Source: a virus
Taxonomy: Duplodnaviria > Caudoviricetes
Reading direction: 5' to 3' (one strand)
Length of the DNA: 41,396 nucleotides
IMG/VR virus record: IMGVR_UViG_3300022177_000071
Location: 1-41,396 of that record
Below the pieces are notes generated by a model. It saw only the letters and a list, made by a program, of their open reading frames with translations, was not told where the DNA came from and searched no databases. Each line of letters begins with the position of its first letter. The first letter of the stretch is position 1. Both the position numbers and the translations under genes were made by a program. Shown one piece after another: positions 7,754 to 16,405 of the stretch.

Positions 7754-8056
7754 ATGGAAAATAAGCTATTAACTAAAAGAGAGTTGGCCGAGAGGTGGCA
7801 AGTATCTGTAAGAACAATTGACAACTGGATCAAGGAAGGGATTGTATCGATTTGCGAAAAAATACCTGTACCTAGATTTACGGAATCTTATGTACAAGAA
7901 ATGGAAGGCATAAAACTTGATAAGTTTTCACCAATCCAAATGAGAAAACTTGAAATTGAATTAGCAAGAATAAGGAAAGAAAATGAGCAGTTAAAAGCTA
8001 GTTTACTAGTAATACTAAGAGAAAGCAGCAAGGTTCTTGAAATGGCAAAGGAGTGA
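7754..8056 (+). CDS. Excisionase-like HTH protein
   Basis: LLTKRELAERWQVSVRTIDNWIKEG winged HTH plus coiled coil. Confidence 0.75.
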   Translation: MENKLLTKRELAERWQVSVRTIDNWIKEGIVSICEKIPVPRFTESYVQEMEGIKLDKFSPIQMRKLEIELARIRKENEQLKASLLVILRESSKVLEMAKE

Positions 8057-8060
8057 TAAT

Positions 8061-8978
8061 TTGAACGATATTCAGCAGATAAAAAGCAGTAAATCTCTAC
8101 TGGAAAGCGAAGCGATCATCAAGAGCAATGAAAGCTTAGTCGGAATGAGTGTCTGGAATATAGGCAACGAGCTAAAGACCATTAGAGACACTCAGAGCTA
8201 TAAAGAAAAGAATTACAGCTCATTTGAGGAGTATGCAGAGAATGAACTGAGATATTCCAGGCGCCACACTTATAGGTTCATTGAGATAGCAGAAAACTAT
8301 TCTGTGACATCGATGTCACAAATAGCAAACATAGGAATGACTAAGCTTTTATCTTTAGCGCAGGTTTCTGAACCTGAGAGAGAGGAGTTTATAGCCACTC
8401 AACCAATAGACGAGATGACTACAAGAGAGCTGCGAGAAGCTATCAAGGCAAAGAAAGATCTTGAAAAGCAAGTAGAGGAGCTTAAAAGCAAGCCACCAAA
8501 GTTAGAGATCAGAGAGATTGAGAAGGTTCCTTCAGATTATATTGAGATGAAAAAGAAGATGGAGCAGCTGAAGAGAGAGCTGCTTGAGAAAGAACACGAT
8601 CTTGAGGTTACAAGGAATGAGAAGAGCTTTTTAGAACGCAAAGTAAAATTGAACGACTCTGAGGCCAGGAAGTATAAAGAGCTGAAGGAGCAGATAGAAA
8701 ATCTCAGTAAGCAAAAGGACGACTTAGGCAGGCAGATAAAGGCGAGAACTGAACTATCTGGCTTGGTAGTAAGGATTGAGAACATCCTAAAGACTGAGCT
8801 TGCACCAATAAGATACAGCCGGGCTATAAGCGAGGCATCAACCGATGAAACTGTAATTAGAAATCTCTCAGAGATCGTTGACAGAGTTAGCCAGTGGTGT
8901 CAGGAGATGGAGAGGTATATCCCGAGTAAGTATAACTTTGTAGAAATAATTGATAGCGAGGTGATCTACAATGACTAA
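8061..8978 (+). CDS. DUF3102-like HTH plus coiled-coil protein
   Basis: IGNELKTIRD...YSSFEEYAENELRYSRRHTYRFIEIAE and MTTRELREAI motifs; TTG start after AAGGAGTGA. Confidence 0.7.
   Translation: MNDIQQIKSSKSLLESEAIIKSNESLVGMSVWNIGNELKTIRDTQSYKEKNYSSFEEYAENELRYSRRHTYRFIEIAENYSVTSMSQIANIGMTKLLSLAQVSEPEREEFIATQPIDEMTTRELREAIKAKKDLEKQVEELKSKPPKLEIREIEKVPSDYIEMKKKMEQLKRELLEKEHDLEVTRNEKSFLERKVKLNDSEARKYKELKEQIENLSKQKDDLGRQIKARTELSGLVVRIENILKTELAPIRYSRAISEASTDETVIRNLSEIVDRVSQWCQEMERYIPSKYNFVEIIDSEVIYND
8303..8320. repeat. Perfect 18-bp palindrome inside the DUF3102-like gene
   Basis: TGTGACATCGATGTCACA equals its reverse complement. Confidence 0.9.
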
Positions 8979-9528
8979 TGAATTGCAGGTAGTGCAGCAG
9001 AATCTTGAAGGAATGGATTTTCAGCAGATACAAGCCATCATCAATAAAAGCATGGCGATCCAAAATCAACAGCTGCATAAGTTCCTCCAGGACCTAAAGG
9101 AAGACCATGAAAAGCTAACTGAGGAGATGCAAATAGTTAAAAGCAGAAGTGAAGATCTTAGGGAAATGGAGATCAAAAGGCACAGAGTGACAGAGCACAT
9201 GTTCGGCTTTGTGAGCCTTAATGATTTAGGTCAATGCTTCCAGGTTTCGATTGGATCGAAGACAATGGGAAAATTGCTTAGAGTAGTCGGACTTGCGAAA
9301 GCTAAGCAGAGCAAAACTGAACCCTTGAGAAGTGCGATCATAGATGGTTATGCAAAATCATTAATGTACAATGACCATCCAACGTACCAATGGAATCCGG
9401 AAAAGTGCATAGACAAAATCGAAAGATGGCTGAACGGACAAGGCTTGATAGATAAGTTTTATGCAATAGAGGATGAGTCTGAGTTAGCAGAGTTTATTAA
9501 GTCGCTTGATGAGACTTACACACAATAA
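8971..9528 (+). CDS. Hypothetical protein, possible antirepressor-like DNA-binding C-terminus
   Basis: Coiled coil then VSLNDLGQCFQVSIGSKTMGKLLR; overlaps upstream stop. Confidence 0.55.
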   Translation: MTNELQVVQQNLEGMDFQQIQAIINKSMAIQNQQLHKFLQDLKEDHEKLTEEMQIVKSRSEDLREMEIKRHRVTEHMFGFVSLNDLGQCFQVSIGSKTMGKLLRVVGLAKAKQSKTEPLRSAIIDGYAKSLMYNDHPTYQWNPEKCIDKIERWLNGQGLIDKFYAIEDESELAEFIKSLDETYTQ

Positions 9529-9544
9529 CAAGGAGGGATTAGAG

Positions 9545-9769
9545 ATGCGCAAGGAAGTTAAGAGGAGTATTGAGTTCAAGGCTTATTCAAATGAAGGAAG
9601 AATGATTGAAAAGGAAGTTAAAGAAAGAAATATATGTTTTATTAATATACTATCAAGTTTTGCAATTGAGCATAGAATGACACTTCAAGAAATTTATGAG
9701 TGTGTTGATGAAGTAGCAAGTCTGTATTATACAGATGCTGTCATAGAAAGAGGAGAGGCTGAGCGGTAA
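9545..9769 (+). CDS. Hypothetical phage protein
   Basis: AAGGAGGG RBS before ATG 9545. Confidence 0.6.
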   Translation: MRKEVKRSIEFKAYSNEGRMIEKEVKERNICFINILSSFAIEHRMTLQEIYECVDEVASLYYTDAVIERGEAER

Positions 9770-9776
9770 CTCAGCC
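9757..9776. terminator. Hairpin between convergent genes
   Basis: GGCTGAG-CGGTAA-CTCAGCC, 7-bp stem; no clear U tract. Confidence 0.45.
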
Positions 9777-9781
9777 AAGTA

Positions 9782-9994
9782 TTAGCCCCTATGACAGGAT
9801 CTGCTACACCAGAAGCAGCCATCGAAATCTTTATAGGGATGTTTTAGTTTTGCTCTTTTTATAGCTTCATTACAATCTGTACAGAAACCAATATACTCCC
9901 TATTAGCTTCACTAGGTAAGTATGTACACTTACCTGTATGAATTTCATGTCGCCCGTTACGATCAGTATTTACATTGAAGTAGTAATGTTCCAA
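9782..9994 (-). CDS. Small Cys/His-rich protein (70 aa), antisense accessory gene
   Basis: GGAGGTG RBS then TTG 9994; HEIH...C...C..C...DGCFWCSRSCH; TGaTATAAT upstream near 10033-10041. Confidence 0.75.
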   Translation of the reverse strand: MEHYYFNVNTDRNGRHEIHTGKCTYLPSEANREYIGFCTDCNEAIKRAKLKHPYKDFDGCFWCSRSCHRG

Positions 9995-10059
9995 GGTTTC
10001 ACCTCCTTCCGTTGTGTGTCCTTTCAAATACATTATATCAATACAAAGGAGGAAGTTAA

Positions 10060-10287
10060 GTGGTAATTGGAAAGAAAATAGAAAAATTGAGAAAAGATAG
10101 GAAATTAAGCTATAGGAAATTAGCTGAATTAAGTGGGATACCATCTCATAGTCATATAAGAAACATCGAGAATGGAACAGTATCAGACCCTGCGTTAAGT
10201 ACAGTTATTAAACTGGCAAAAGGACTCGGAATAAATATATCTGAATTACTGGAGGATGTAGAAATAGCAGAAATAGCAAGGAGGTAA
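10060..10287 (+). CDS. XRE-family HTH regulator
   Basis: LSYRKLAELSGI...HIRNIENG...P.LSTVIKLAKGLG. Confidence 0.85.
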   Translation: MVIGKKIEKLRKDRKLSYRKLAELSGIPSHSHIRNIENGTVSDPALSTVIKLAKGLGINISELLEDVEIAEIARR

Positions 10288-10290
10288 ACC

Positions 10291-10521
10291 ATGTCAATAA
10301 GAGACCTGACTCAGGTATTTAAGGAGCAAAACAAAGAAATCGCTAAGAAGACTTATACAGTCAAAGAATTATCTGAAGCGTTGAATATAAGTGAAGGTAA
10401 AGCTAGACAACTTACTCATGCAGAAGGGTTCCCAGTGCTTGTACTTGGCAGAACAAGGCTAACGATCATTTCAAAGCTTGATAAGTGGCTGGAGGAGAAC
10501 GTGGGGGGCGACTTCCTATGA
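10291..10521 (+). CDS. Excisionase-like (HTH_17-type) DNA-binding protein
   Basis: YTVKELSEALNISEGKARQL...FPVLVLG...LDKWL. Confidence 0.8.
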   Translation: MSIRDLTQVFKEQNKEIAKKTYTVKELSEALNISEGKARQLTHAEGFPVLVLGRTRLTIISKLDKWLEENVGGDFL

Positions 10522-10790
10522 AGATCTACACGACAGGCGAAGTATCAAAGATCATTGGTACTTCAACTGTAACAGTCAGAAATGAGATAGAAAGAGGCAA
10601 TCTGATCGCTTTCAAGGGAGGTACGGACTATAGGATCACCCAGGAAAGGCTAGATGAATACATGGGCCTTGATAGAAACTGGGAAAAGGAGAAAGAGAGG
10701 CTGCTAAAGAAAATAGAGGCGCAGCAAGAGATCATTAATAAGTTTATGGCAATGGCAAAAGAGATGCTGGAGGTTAGCTATGAGGATTAA
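10518..10790 (+). CDS. Excisionase-like (HTH_17-type) DNA-binding protein
   Basis: YTTGEVSKIIGTSTVTVRNEIERGNLIAFK...YRI; ATGA overlap with upstream gene. Confidence 0.78.
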   Translation: MKIYTTGEVSKIIGTSTVTVRNEIERGNLIAFKGGTDYRITQERLDEYMGLDRNWEKEKERLLKKIEAQQEIINKFMAMAKEMLEVSYED

Positions 10791-11319
10791 TCCATTGAGA
10801 CTTATAAGCATATGGTTTATGACTATCCTGATCACTATAATTCTCACTGCAATGGTTGTTAATGCAGCCGGGGAAGATCCAAAGGCAGTACAGTATGAAG
10901 TTATAACTTATGAGGATTACATGAATCGATATGAAGCCTCAGAATCGCCTAGAAATGATTTTAAGGTCGAAGACGAGGAACAGGTCGAACAGCATCGAAC
11001 AATCGCCAAGGCGGGGCAGAGCAAGTCAGAGACATATAAGGTTACAGCATATTGTCCCTGCGAAATATGCTGCGGCGAATGGAGTGATGGTTTCACTTAC
11101 TCCGGGGATCTCGCCCATGAGGGAGCGACAATAGCTGCTGATCTGTCTAAGCTCCCACTGGGGACAGTAGTTGAGATTGAAGGCCTTGGCCAGAGGGTTG
11201 TCCAGGATATCGGCGGTGTTATTAACGGAAATGAAATTGATCTTTTCTTTTATAGTCATCAAGCAGCGCTAGAGTTTGGGGTGCAATATTTGGAGGTGAC
11301 AATGGTCAATGAAGAATGA
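10780..11319 (+). CDS. Secreted or anchored 3D-domain (peptidoglycan lytic transglycosylase-like) protein
   Basis: N-terminal signal/TM; VTAY, TIAAD...LPLGTVV, DIGG...IDLF motifs. Confidence 0.85.
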   Translation: MRINPLRLISIWFMTILITIILTAMVVNAAGEDPKAVQYEVITYEDYMNRYEASESPRNDFKVEDEEQVEQHRTIAKAGQSKSETYKVTAYCPCEICCGEWSDGFTYSGDLAHEGATIAADLSKLPLGTVVEIEGLGQRVVQDIGGVINGNEIDLFFYSHQAALEFGVQYLEVTMVNEE

Positions 11320-11551
11320 GTGGATGTACTTCACATTTGGATCAAGAGGTCATGTGTACGAGGCCGGATACGTAAAAATCAAAGCTGAAACCGTCAAAGA
11401 GGCCCAGGAGAAGTTTATAAAGAGATACGGGGCTAAGGCCTGGAAAGGTAAATATATCGCTTATGCTTTTCCTTACAATCAGGAACAGTTCGAGTATTAT
11501 GACCAATTTCGACGAGGACCGTATTCTATATGTCATGAGGTGATTGAATGA
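11309..11551 (+). CDS. Hypothetical phage protein
   Basis: YFTFG motif; coupled in early operon. Confidence 0.65.
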   Translation: MKNEWMYFTFGSRGHVYEAGYVKIKAETVKEAQEKFIKRYGAKAWKGKYIAYAFPYNQEQFEYYDQFRRGPYSICHEVIE

Positions 11552-11796
11552 TCGACATCCTATTTGCTATTATTATCGGTTTAACTTGGATGGGTTTAGC
11601 TGACTTATCAGTTACAGTGGCCTCCCTAAGTAGAAAGGCTGATCTCATTGATAAACATATTGAGGGACGGTTTGAAATTATATTAGAAATGCTTGAAATC
11701 GATGGCGAACGTATAAAGAGTCTAGAAAGGTGGCGATTCGATGAACTCAATAAAGAAATTGATCAGCGGTTACACACTAAGAGAATGGATGGTTAA
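11548..11796 (+). CDS. Hypothetical protein with N-terminal TM helix
   Basis: GAGGTG RBS, ATGA overlap. Confidence 0.6.
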   Translation: MIDILFAIIIGLTWMGLADLSVTVASLSRKADLIDKHIEGRFEIILEMLEIDGERIKSLERWRFDELNKEIDQRLHTKRMDG

Positions 11797-11811
11797 GCAA
11801 ATGCTATTTGG

Positions 11812-12009
11812 ATGGAGGAGCTTGATATGAAGGAGGAAGTATACGGCTTTTATCGTGGAGATGTGTTTATAGCCGAAGGGACTTTGAAGGAAATTGCTGA
11901 AGAAACCGGGTTAAAGGTAAGTACTCTGAAGTGGTACCAGACACCATCTGCGAGGAAGAGAAGGAAACTGGCAACAATATTCAAGCTGGAGGATGACAAT
12001 GCCGAGTGA
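11812..12009 (+). CDS. Small HTH-like phage protein
   Basis: YGFYRGDVFIAEGTLKEIAEETGLKVSTLKWY. Confidence 0.7.
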   Translation: MEELDMKEEVYGFYRGDVFIAEGTLKEIAEETGLKVSTLKWYQTPSARKRRKLATIFKLEDDNAE

Positions 12010-12175
12010 ATTAGAGATGCGGATCCAAAGAGGAGACAAGGAGGAGCTGAATAAGGCTTTTCAGGAAGTTATAAATGTGCTAAGTGAAGCACCTCAGCCA
12101 ATAGAAAAACGTATAGCAAACACATTATTTGTTATGCAGGTCCAGGATTATATTTTGGAGGAGGTGAGAAAATGA
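11993..12175 (+). CDS. Hypothetical phage protein
   Basis: GGAGG RBS; overlapping neighbours. Confidence 0.55.
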   Translation: MTMPSELEMRIQRGDKEELNKAFQEVINVLSEAPQPIEKRIANTLFVMQVQDYILEEVRK

Positions 12176-12414
12176 TAATAGTCAGTCAGGACAAAAGCAT
12201 TATTTCAACAGATCCCAAGGTGATTGAAGTAGGGTTTGGTGCAGAAAAATTCAACGTCAAAGTCGATGGAAGAGTGTTTGGAGTTTATGCAGAGTACGAG
12301 ACAGCGTTAGCAGTATTAGATGAAACAGTATCAAATCTGGCTAATGATGCTAGTTTCTACTTCATGAAAAAGAACAAAGACAAGTGCAACTTGTTAGAAG
12401 ATCATGAGCAATAA
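12172..12414 (+). CDS. Hypothetical phage protein
   Basis: GGAGGAGGTG RBS; MIIVSQDK start. Confidence 0.65.
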   Translation: MIIVSQDKSIISTDPKVIEVGFGAEKFNVKVDGRVFGVYAEYETALAVLDETVSNLANDASFYFMKKNKDKCNLLEDHEQ

Positions 12415-12478
12415 AAAAGGCCCTCTTTCGAGGACCACAACCACAATTATAATACCACAAATTAAGGAGGAATAGCAA

Positions 12479-13087
12479 ATGGCAATGCAATGGACACCTG
12501 AAGAAGCAAAGACGATGATCAATTTTCATAATAAATATTCAACTAGAGAACCAATGCCAGAGGTAGAACCTTATAACGAAGAGGAAGAAGTGTGGCAAAT
12601 TAAATCCGATGCTGAAGCTGAATGGTTAATAGACAAGGTCAATGAAGATCTAATTGAGATCAACAGATTTGAACTTTCTCTGACCAATAAAATTGAAATT
12701 CTTAAAGAAAGGTTAGAGAAGGTCAAAAAAGAAAAAGAAATTAAAATTACAAGAAGAGACAGCTACCTTCTAAGGTATTTCGAAGAGATCCCTGAGGAGC
12801 TCAAGAAAAAATCAAAGACCATGGAAAAATACAGATTACCTTCCGGAGAGATCATCAAGAAGTACCAAGCTCCGGAGTTTAAGAGAGACAATGATGTTTT
12901 AGTCAAATGGTTGAAAGAGAACAAGATGAACGGCTTTATCGAGGTAAAGGAATCTCCAAAATGGGCAGATCTAAAGAAATCCACAAAGACTATAGGTGGA
13001 AGCGTAATTTTAGAAGAGACTGGCGAAATAATCGAAGGCGTTGAAGTGATAGAAAGAGCGCCAACGTTAGAATTTAAGGAGGATTAG
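12479..13087 (+). CDS. Gam-like host-nuclease inhibitor / DNA end-binding protein
   Basis: WQIKSDAEAEWLI, coiled coil, YRLPSGEI, IEVKESPKWADLKK, ETGEIIEGV. Confidence 0.75.
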   Translation: MAMQWTPEEAKTMINFHNKYSTREPMPEVEPYNEEEEVWQIKSDAEAEWLIDKVNEDLIEINRFELSLTNKIEILKERLEKVKKEKEIKITRRDSYLLRYFEEIPEELKKKSKTMEKYRLPSGEIIKKYQAPEFKRDNDVLVKWLKENKMNGFIEVKESPKWADLKKSTKTIGGSVILEETGEIIEGVEVIERAPTLEFKED

Positions 13088-13090
13088 GAG

Positions 13091-13903
13091 ATGAACGAGT
13101 ACAGTGAAACTAACTCAATGATGCTGATCGAAGGATTAAGCCTAAATAAAATCAGTGGAGCTATGAAGAGCATCTCTGATTTTCAAATGGTAGTCAAAGC
13201 AACACTACAGGAAGACCTCGACTACGGAGCATCTTTCAAGGGCTCCAAGAAGCCCAGTTTGTTGAAGCCAGGAGCTGAAAAGATACTAATGCTACTAGGA
13301 ATATCAAGTGAGTACGAGATAATCGAGAAGATACAGGACTATCAAGAAGGGTTCTTTGCATACACGATCAAGTGTACGTTACTAAAGGGAGATATACCAA
13401 TAACAGAAGGTCTGGGGCACTGCAATAGCAAGGAGAGGAAGTATGAAGGCGAGAACCAGGACAAGTATATGCTAGGAAATACCTGTCTTAAAATGGCCAA
13501 GAAGAGAGCTCAGGTAGATGCAGCCCTAACTGTGGGAAGCTTATCTAATATCTTTACTCAGGACCTTGAGGATATGGTGCAATTTGAAGCTGAGGAGCTT
13601 AAGACTATGACAAAGCAGGAAGCAGAAGCATTAAAGCTTGGGTTTGGCAAGCATAAGGGAAAGACTCTTGCCCAGATATTTATTGAAGCTCCAGACTATA
13701 TTGAGTGGCTTGCAGATAATGCCAATGACGCGAAGATAAAGACTGCAGCAGTGATGACTTTATCTAGTAAAGAAGCTACTAAAGCAGAAGAAGCTACTAA
13801 AGCAGAAGAACCAGCTAAGCAAAGGACTACAGCTAAGAAATCAGAACAAACTAATGATAATGAGTATATACCGCCGCAAGAAGAACTACCATGGGGGAAA
13901 TAG
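13091..13903 (+). CDS. Putative single-strand annealing/recombination protein
   Basis: KPSLLKPGAEK and NTCLKMAKKRAQVDA motifs; C-terminal FGKHKGKTL...PDYIEWL module; lies between gam and initiator. Confidence 0.55.
   Translation: MNEYSETNSMMLIEGLSLNKISGAMKSISDFQMVVKATLQEDLDYGASFKGSKKPSLLKPGAEKILMLLGISSEYEIIEKIQDYQEGFFAYTIKCTLLKGDIPITEGLGHCNSKERKYEGENQDKYMLGNTCLKMAKKRAQVDAALTVGSLSNIFTQDLEDMVQFEAEELKTMTKQEAEALKLGFGKHKGKTLAQIFIEAPDYIEWLADNANDAKIKTAAVMTLSSKEATKAEEATKAEEPAKQRTTAKKSEQTNDNEYIPPQEELPWGK
13771..13806 (+). repeat. 18-bp in-frame tandem repeat (EATKAE x2)
   Basis: AGAAGCTACTAAAGCAGA twice, with a degenerate third copy. Confidence 0.85.
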
Positions 13904-13937
13904 GGAGGGGTGAATACCCCTCTTAGGAGGTGAAAGG

Positions 13938-14792
13938 GTGAAAGATGCTTACTACTTTAGTCATGACTCAAATGCTCGCAATGATACGAAGATCTTAGCG
14001 ATGAGATCAGATTATGGGATTGCAGGATATGGGATGTACTGGATCATTATTGAAACATTAAGGGATGAGTCAGACTATAAATTGCGCCTAAAACCATACA
14101 CTATAAAAGCACTTGCAATGCAGATGAGTTTGGATACTGAAACAGTAAATAAGTTTATAGATGATTGTATCAATCAATATGAGTTATTTGAAATCGCAGG
14201 AGATTATTTTTGGAGTGAGTCTTTATGTAGGAGGATGGAAAAGGTACAAGACATTAAAGATAAGCGAAAACAAGCCGTTAGTAAGAGATGGGATAAGCAA
14301 AATAATGAGGATGATATACAAGTGAATTACAAAAGTAATACAAGTGTATTACAAAACGATACAAAGGAAAGGAAAGGAAAAGAAAAGAAAGGAAAGGAAA
14401 GTAAATTAAATAATAATAAAGAAGAGTACGTGGAGAACGCACAAAAAGTATTAGATTTTTATCATAGATATTTGCCTATGCTTCCATCAGTAAAAAAGCT
14501 CACTCCTCAAAGGATCACTTATATCAATAAGAGGATAGAGGACAACAGCCTAGAGGAAGTAGAAGCAATGCTAATAGAAGCGTCAAAGTCTGATTTTCTG
14601 ACAGGTAAATCTAAAGATTGGAAAGCTACCTTAGACTGGTTAATGAATCCGAATAACTTCGTAAAAGTGCTAGAAGGCAATTACGCAAATAAGGAGGGAT
14701 CCAATGGAAAGTTTGGAAAGCATGATATCAAGAATAATGAGTCAAATTGGCCAGACCTCAGTCACATCTACTTTGATCCAAACAGAGTATGA
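13938..14792 (+). CDS. Phage replication initiator (DUF4373/Lin1244-like N-terminus)
   Basis: YFSHDSNARND...GYGMYWIIIE; C-terminal WKATLDWLMNPNNFVKVLEGNY; precedes DnaC-like gene. Confidence 0.85.
   Translation: MKDAYYFSHDSNARNDTKILAMRSDYGIAGYGMYWIIIETLRDESDYKLRLKPYTIKALAMQMSLDTETVNKFIDDCINQYELFEIAGDYFWSESLCRRMEKVQDIKDKRKQAVSKRWDKQNNEDDIQVNYKSNTSVLQNDTKERKGKEKKGKESKLNNNKEEYVENAQKVLDFYHRYLPMLPSVKKLTPQRITYINKRIEDNSLEEVEAMLIEASKSDFLTGKSKDWKATLDWLMNPNNFVKVLEGNYANKEGSNGKFGKHDIKNNESNWPDLSHIYFDPNRV
14316..14405. repeat. Iteron-like repeats and purine tract, putative replication origin
   Basis: ATACAAGTG(A/T)ATTACAAAA at 14316 and 14338, partial copy at 14359, then (G/A)GAAA pentamers. Confidence 0.65.
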
Positions 14793-15504
14793 GTGTGAGT
14801 TCTGTAAAGATGAGGAATGGATATATGATCTAGATACCAATACAGCGAAACCTTGCAAGTGTAGAGAGGCTAAGCTCTATAAAAGGATCATTGAGAGCTG
14901 CGGGATCACGGAAAGCTTCCTGCAGAAGAACTTTGACAACTACATTCCAACAAGCAAGCAGACAGAGTCGCTTTATAAGACAGCTATTGACTATGCAAAC
15001 ACTTTTGAATGGCTCAAGAAAACCAAGTGCAATAGTTTGGCTCTGCTAGGCCAGGTAGGAAGTGGCAAAACTCATCTTACAATCGCTGTTGCTAACGAGT
15101 TGATGAAGAAGAATATTGGAGTAAGGTACATGCAGTATCGAGAAGATATCCCGAAGATCAAGAGAGTTGTGACTAGTGACGAGGATTATTCCAGGGAGAT
15201 CAACAAGTACAAGAATGCTGCAGTTTTACTCATAGATGACTTATACAAAAATGCAGTCGTTAGTACCCCAAATGGAGAGTATCTTAACGAAGCTGACAAG
15301 AGGATAATTTTCGAGATTATTAACCATCGGTACTTCAAGCAACTTCCGATCATCGTCTCTTCTGAGTATCCAGCTATAAAGCTACTGGAATTTGATGAAG
15401 GAATAGGTTCAAGGATAGTTGAAATGTGTAACGGTCACTTGTATGAAGTCAAGGGTAAAGAGAATAACTTTAGGATGAGGAGGCAAGGATATGGAGGAGT
15501 ATAA
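14704..15504 (+). CDS. DnaC/IstB-like AAA+ helicase loader
   Basis: CEFC...CKC zinc motif, Walker A GQVGSGKT, Walker B LLIDD. Confidence 0.9.
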   Translation: MESLESMISRIMSQIGQTSVTSTLIQTEYECEFCKDEEWIYDLDTNTAKPCKCREAKLYKRIIESCGITESFLQKNFDNYIPTSKQTESLYKTAIDYANTFEWLKKTKCNSLALLGQVGSGKTHLTIAVANELMKKNIGVRYMQYREDIPKIKRVVTSDEDYSREINKYKNAAVLLIDDLYKNAVVSTPNGEYLNEADKRIIFEIINHRYFKQLPIIVSSEYPAIKLLEFDEGIGSRIVEMCNGHLYEVKGKENNFRMRRQGYGGV

Positions 15505-15961
15505 AACTGTGATGGATGAGGATATAGAGCAATATATCGTTAAGCAGAGTAAGGGTGTTGTGAGGCTTAGGATCCCTGGTGTTCCTATAGCTAAAGGCAG
15601 ACCTAGATTAGGTAAATATGGGACTTATACTCCAACTAAAACAGTTAACTATGAGAATCTGGTTCAGTATTGCTACATGGATCAGGCAGAGGGGGTCAAG
15701 TTGGCGGGTCCGTTGAAGATGGAGGTAATACTGTTTTTTCCGATACCCAAAAGCTACAGCAAAAAACAAGTGGAGCTGATTAAAGCTCAGGGCATGATCT
15801 ATACAAAAAAACCTGATGCCTCAAATTGTCTAAAGGCGATTGAAGATGCACTGAACAACTTCGCATATGACGATGATAGTCAAATATTCGATACTAGAGT
15901 GCTTAAGTTTTATACCCTGGGTGATCCAAGAGCTGAAGTTTATATTGAGGAGGTTGAATAA
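15491..15961 (+). CDS. rusA: RusA family Holliday junction resolvase
   Basis: PIAKGRPR, KPDASNCLKAIEDALN, YDDDSQI. Confidence 0.9.
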   Translation: MEEYKTVMDEDIEQYIVKQSKGVVRLRIPGVPIAKGRPRLGKYGTYTPTKTVNYENLVQYCYMDQAEGVKLAGPLKMEVILFFPIPKSYSKKQVELIKAQGMIYTKKPDASNCLKAIEDALNNFAYDDDSQIFDTRVLKFYTLGDPRAEVYIEEVE

Positions 15962-15963
15962 TT

Positions 15964-16386
15964 ATGAATCAGGTATCGCTTATAGGGCGCTTAACTCGAG
16001 ATCCGGAGCTTAAATATATCCCACATTCAGGGACTGCAGTAGCGACATTCACTTTAGCGGTAGACAAAGGGCTATCAAAGGACAAAAGACAAGAAATGGA
16101 ATCTAAGAATCAACCGACTGCTGACTTCATCCGCATAGTAGTCTGGAACAAGCAGGCTGAGAACTGCGCTAACTTCTTAGTAAAGGGCAGATTGGTCGGC
16201 ATAAGCGGCAGGATCCAATCAGGCAGCTTCGATGATAAAGATGGTAAGAGGGTATTCACTACAGACGTGGTCGCTCAACAGGTAAGCTTTCTAGAGTGGG
16301 GAGATAAAGCTGACTCAGGCAGCAGTATGAATGATTATGATATGGATGGATTTCACCCAACTGACGAGAGGGACATCCCATTCTAA
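15964..16386 (+). CDS. ssb: Single-stranded DNA-binding protein
   Basis: MNQVSLIGRLTRDPEL OB fold; acidic DIPF tail. Confidence 0.95.
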   Translation: MNQVSLIGRLTRDPELKYIPHSGTAVATFTLAVDKGLSKDKRQEMESKNQPTADFIRIVVWNKQAENCANFLVKGRLVGISGRIQSGSFDDKDGKRVFTTDVVAQQVSFLEWGDKADSGSSMNDYDMDGFHPTDERDIPF

Positions 16387-16405
16387 TATTTGATGGAGGA
16401 GTTAT

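Noticed and set aside
9995-10144. N-terminal 50 aa of the 120-aa ORF 9782-10144
   Set aside because: Overlaps the XRE gene antisense; a strong RBS supports the TTG start at 9994
13771-13820. Tandem repeat as a regulatory array
   Set aside because: In-frame duplication in a low-complexity linker of the protein
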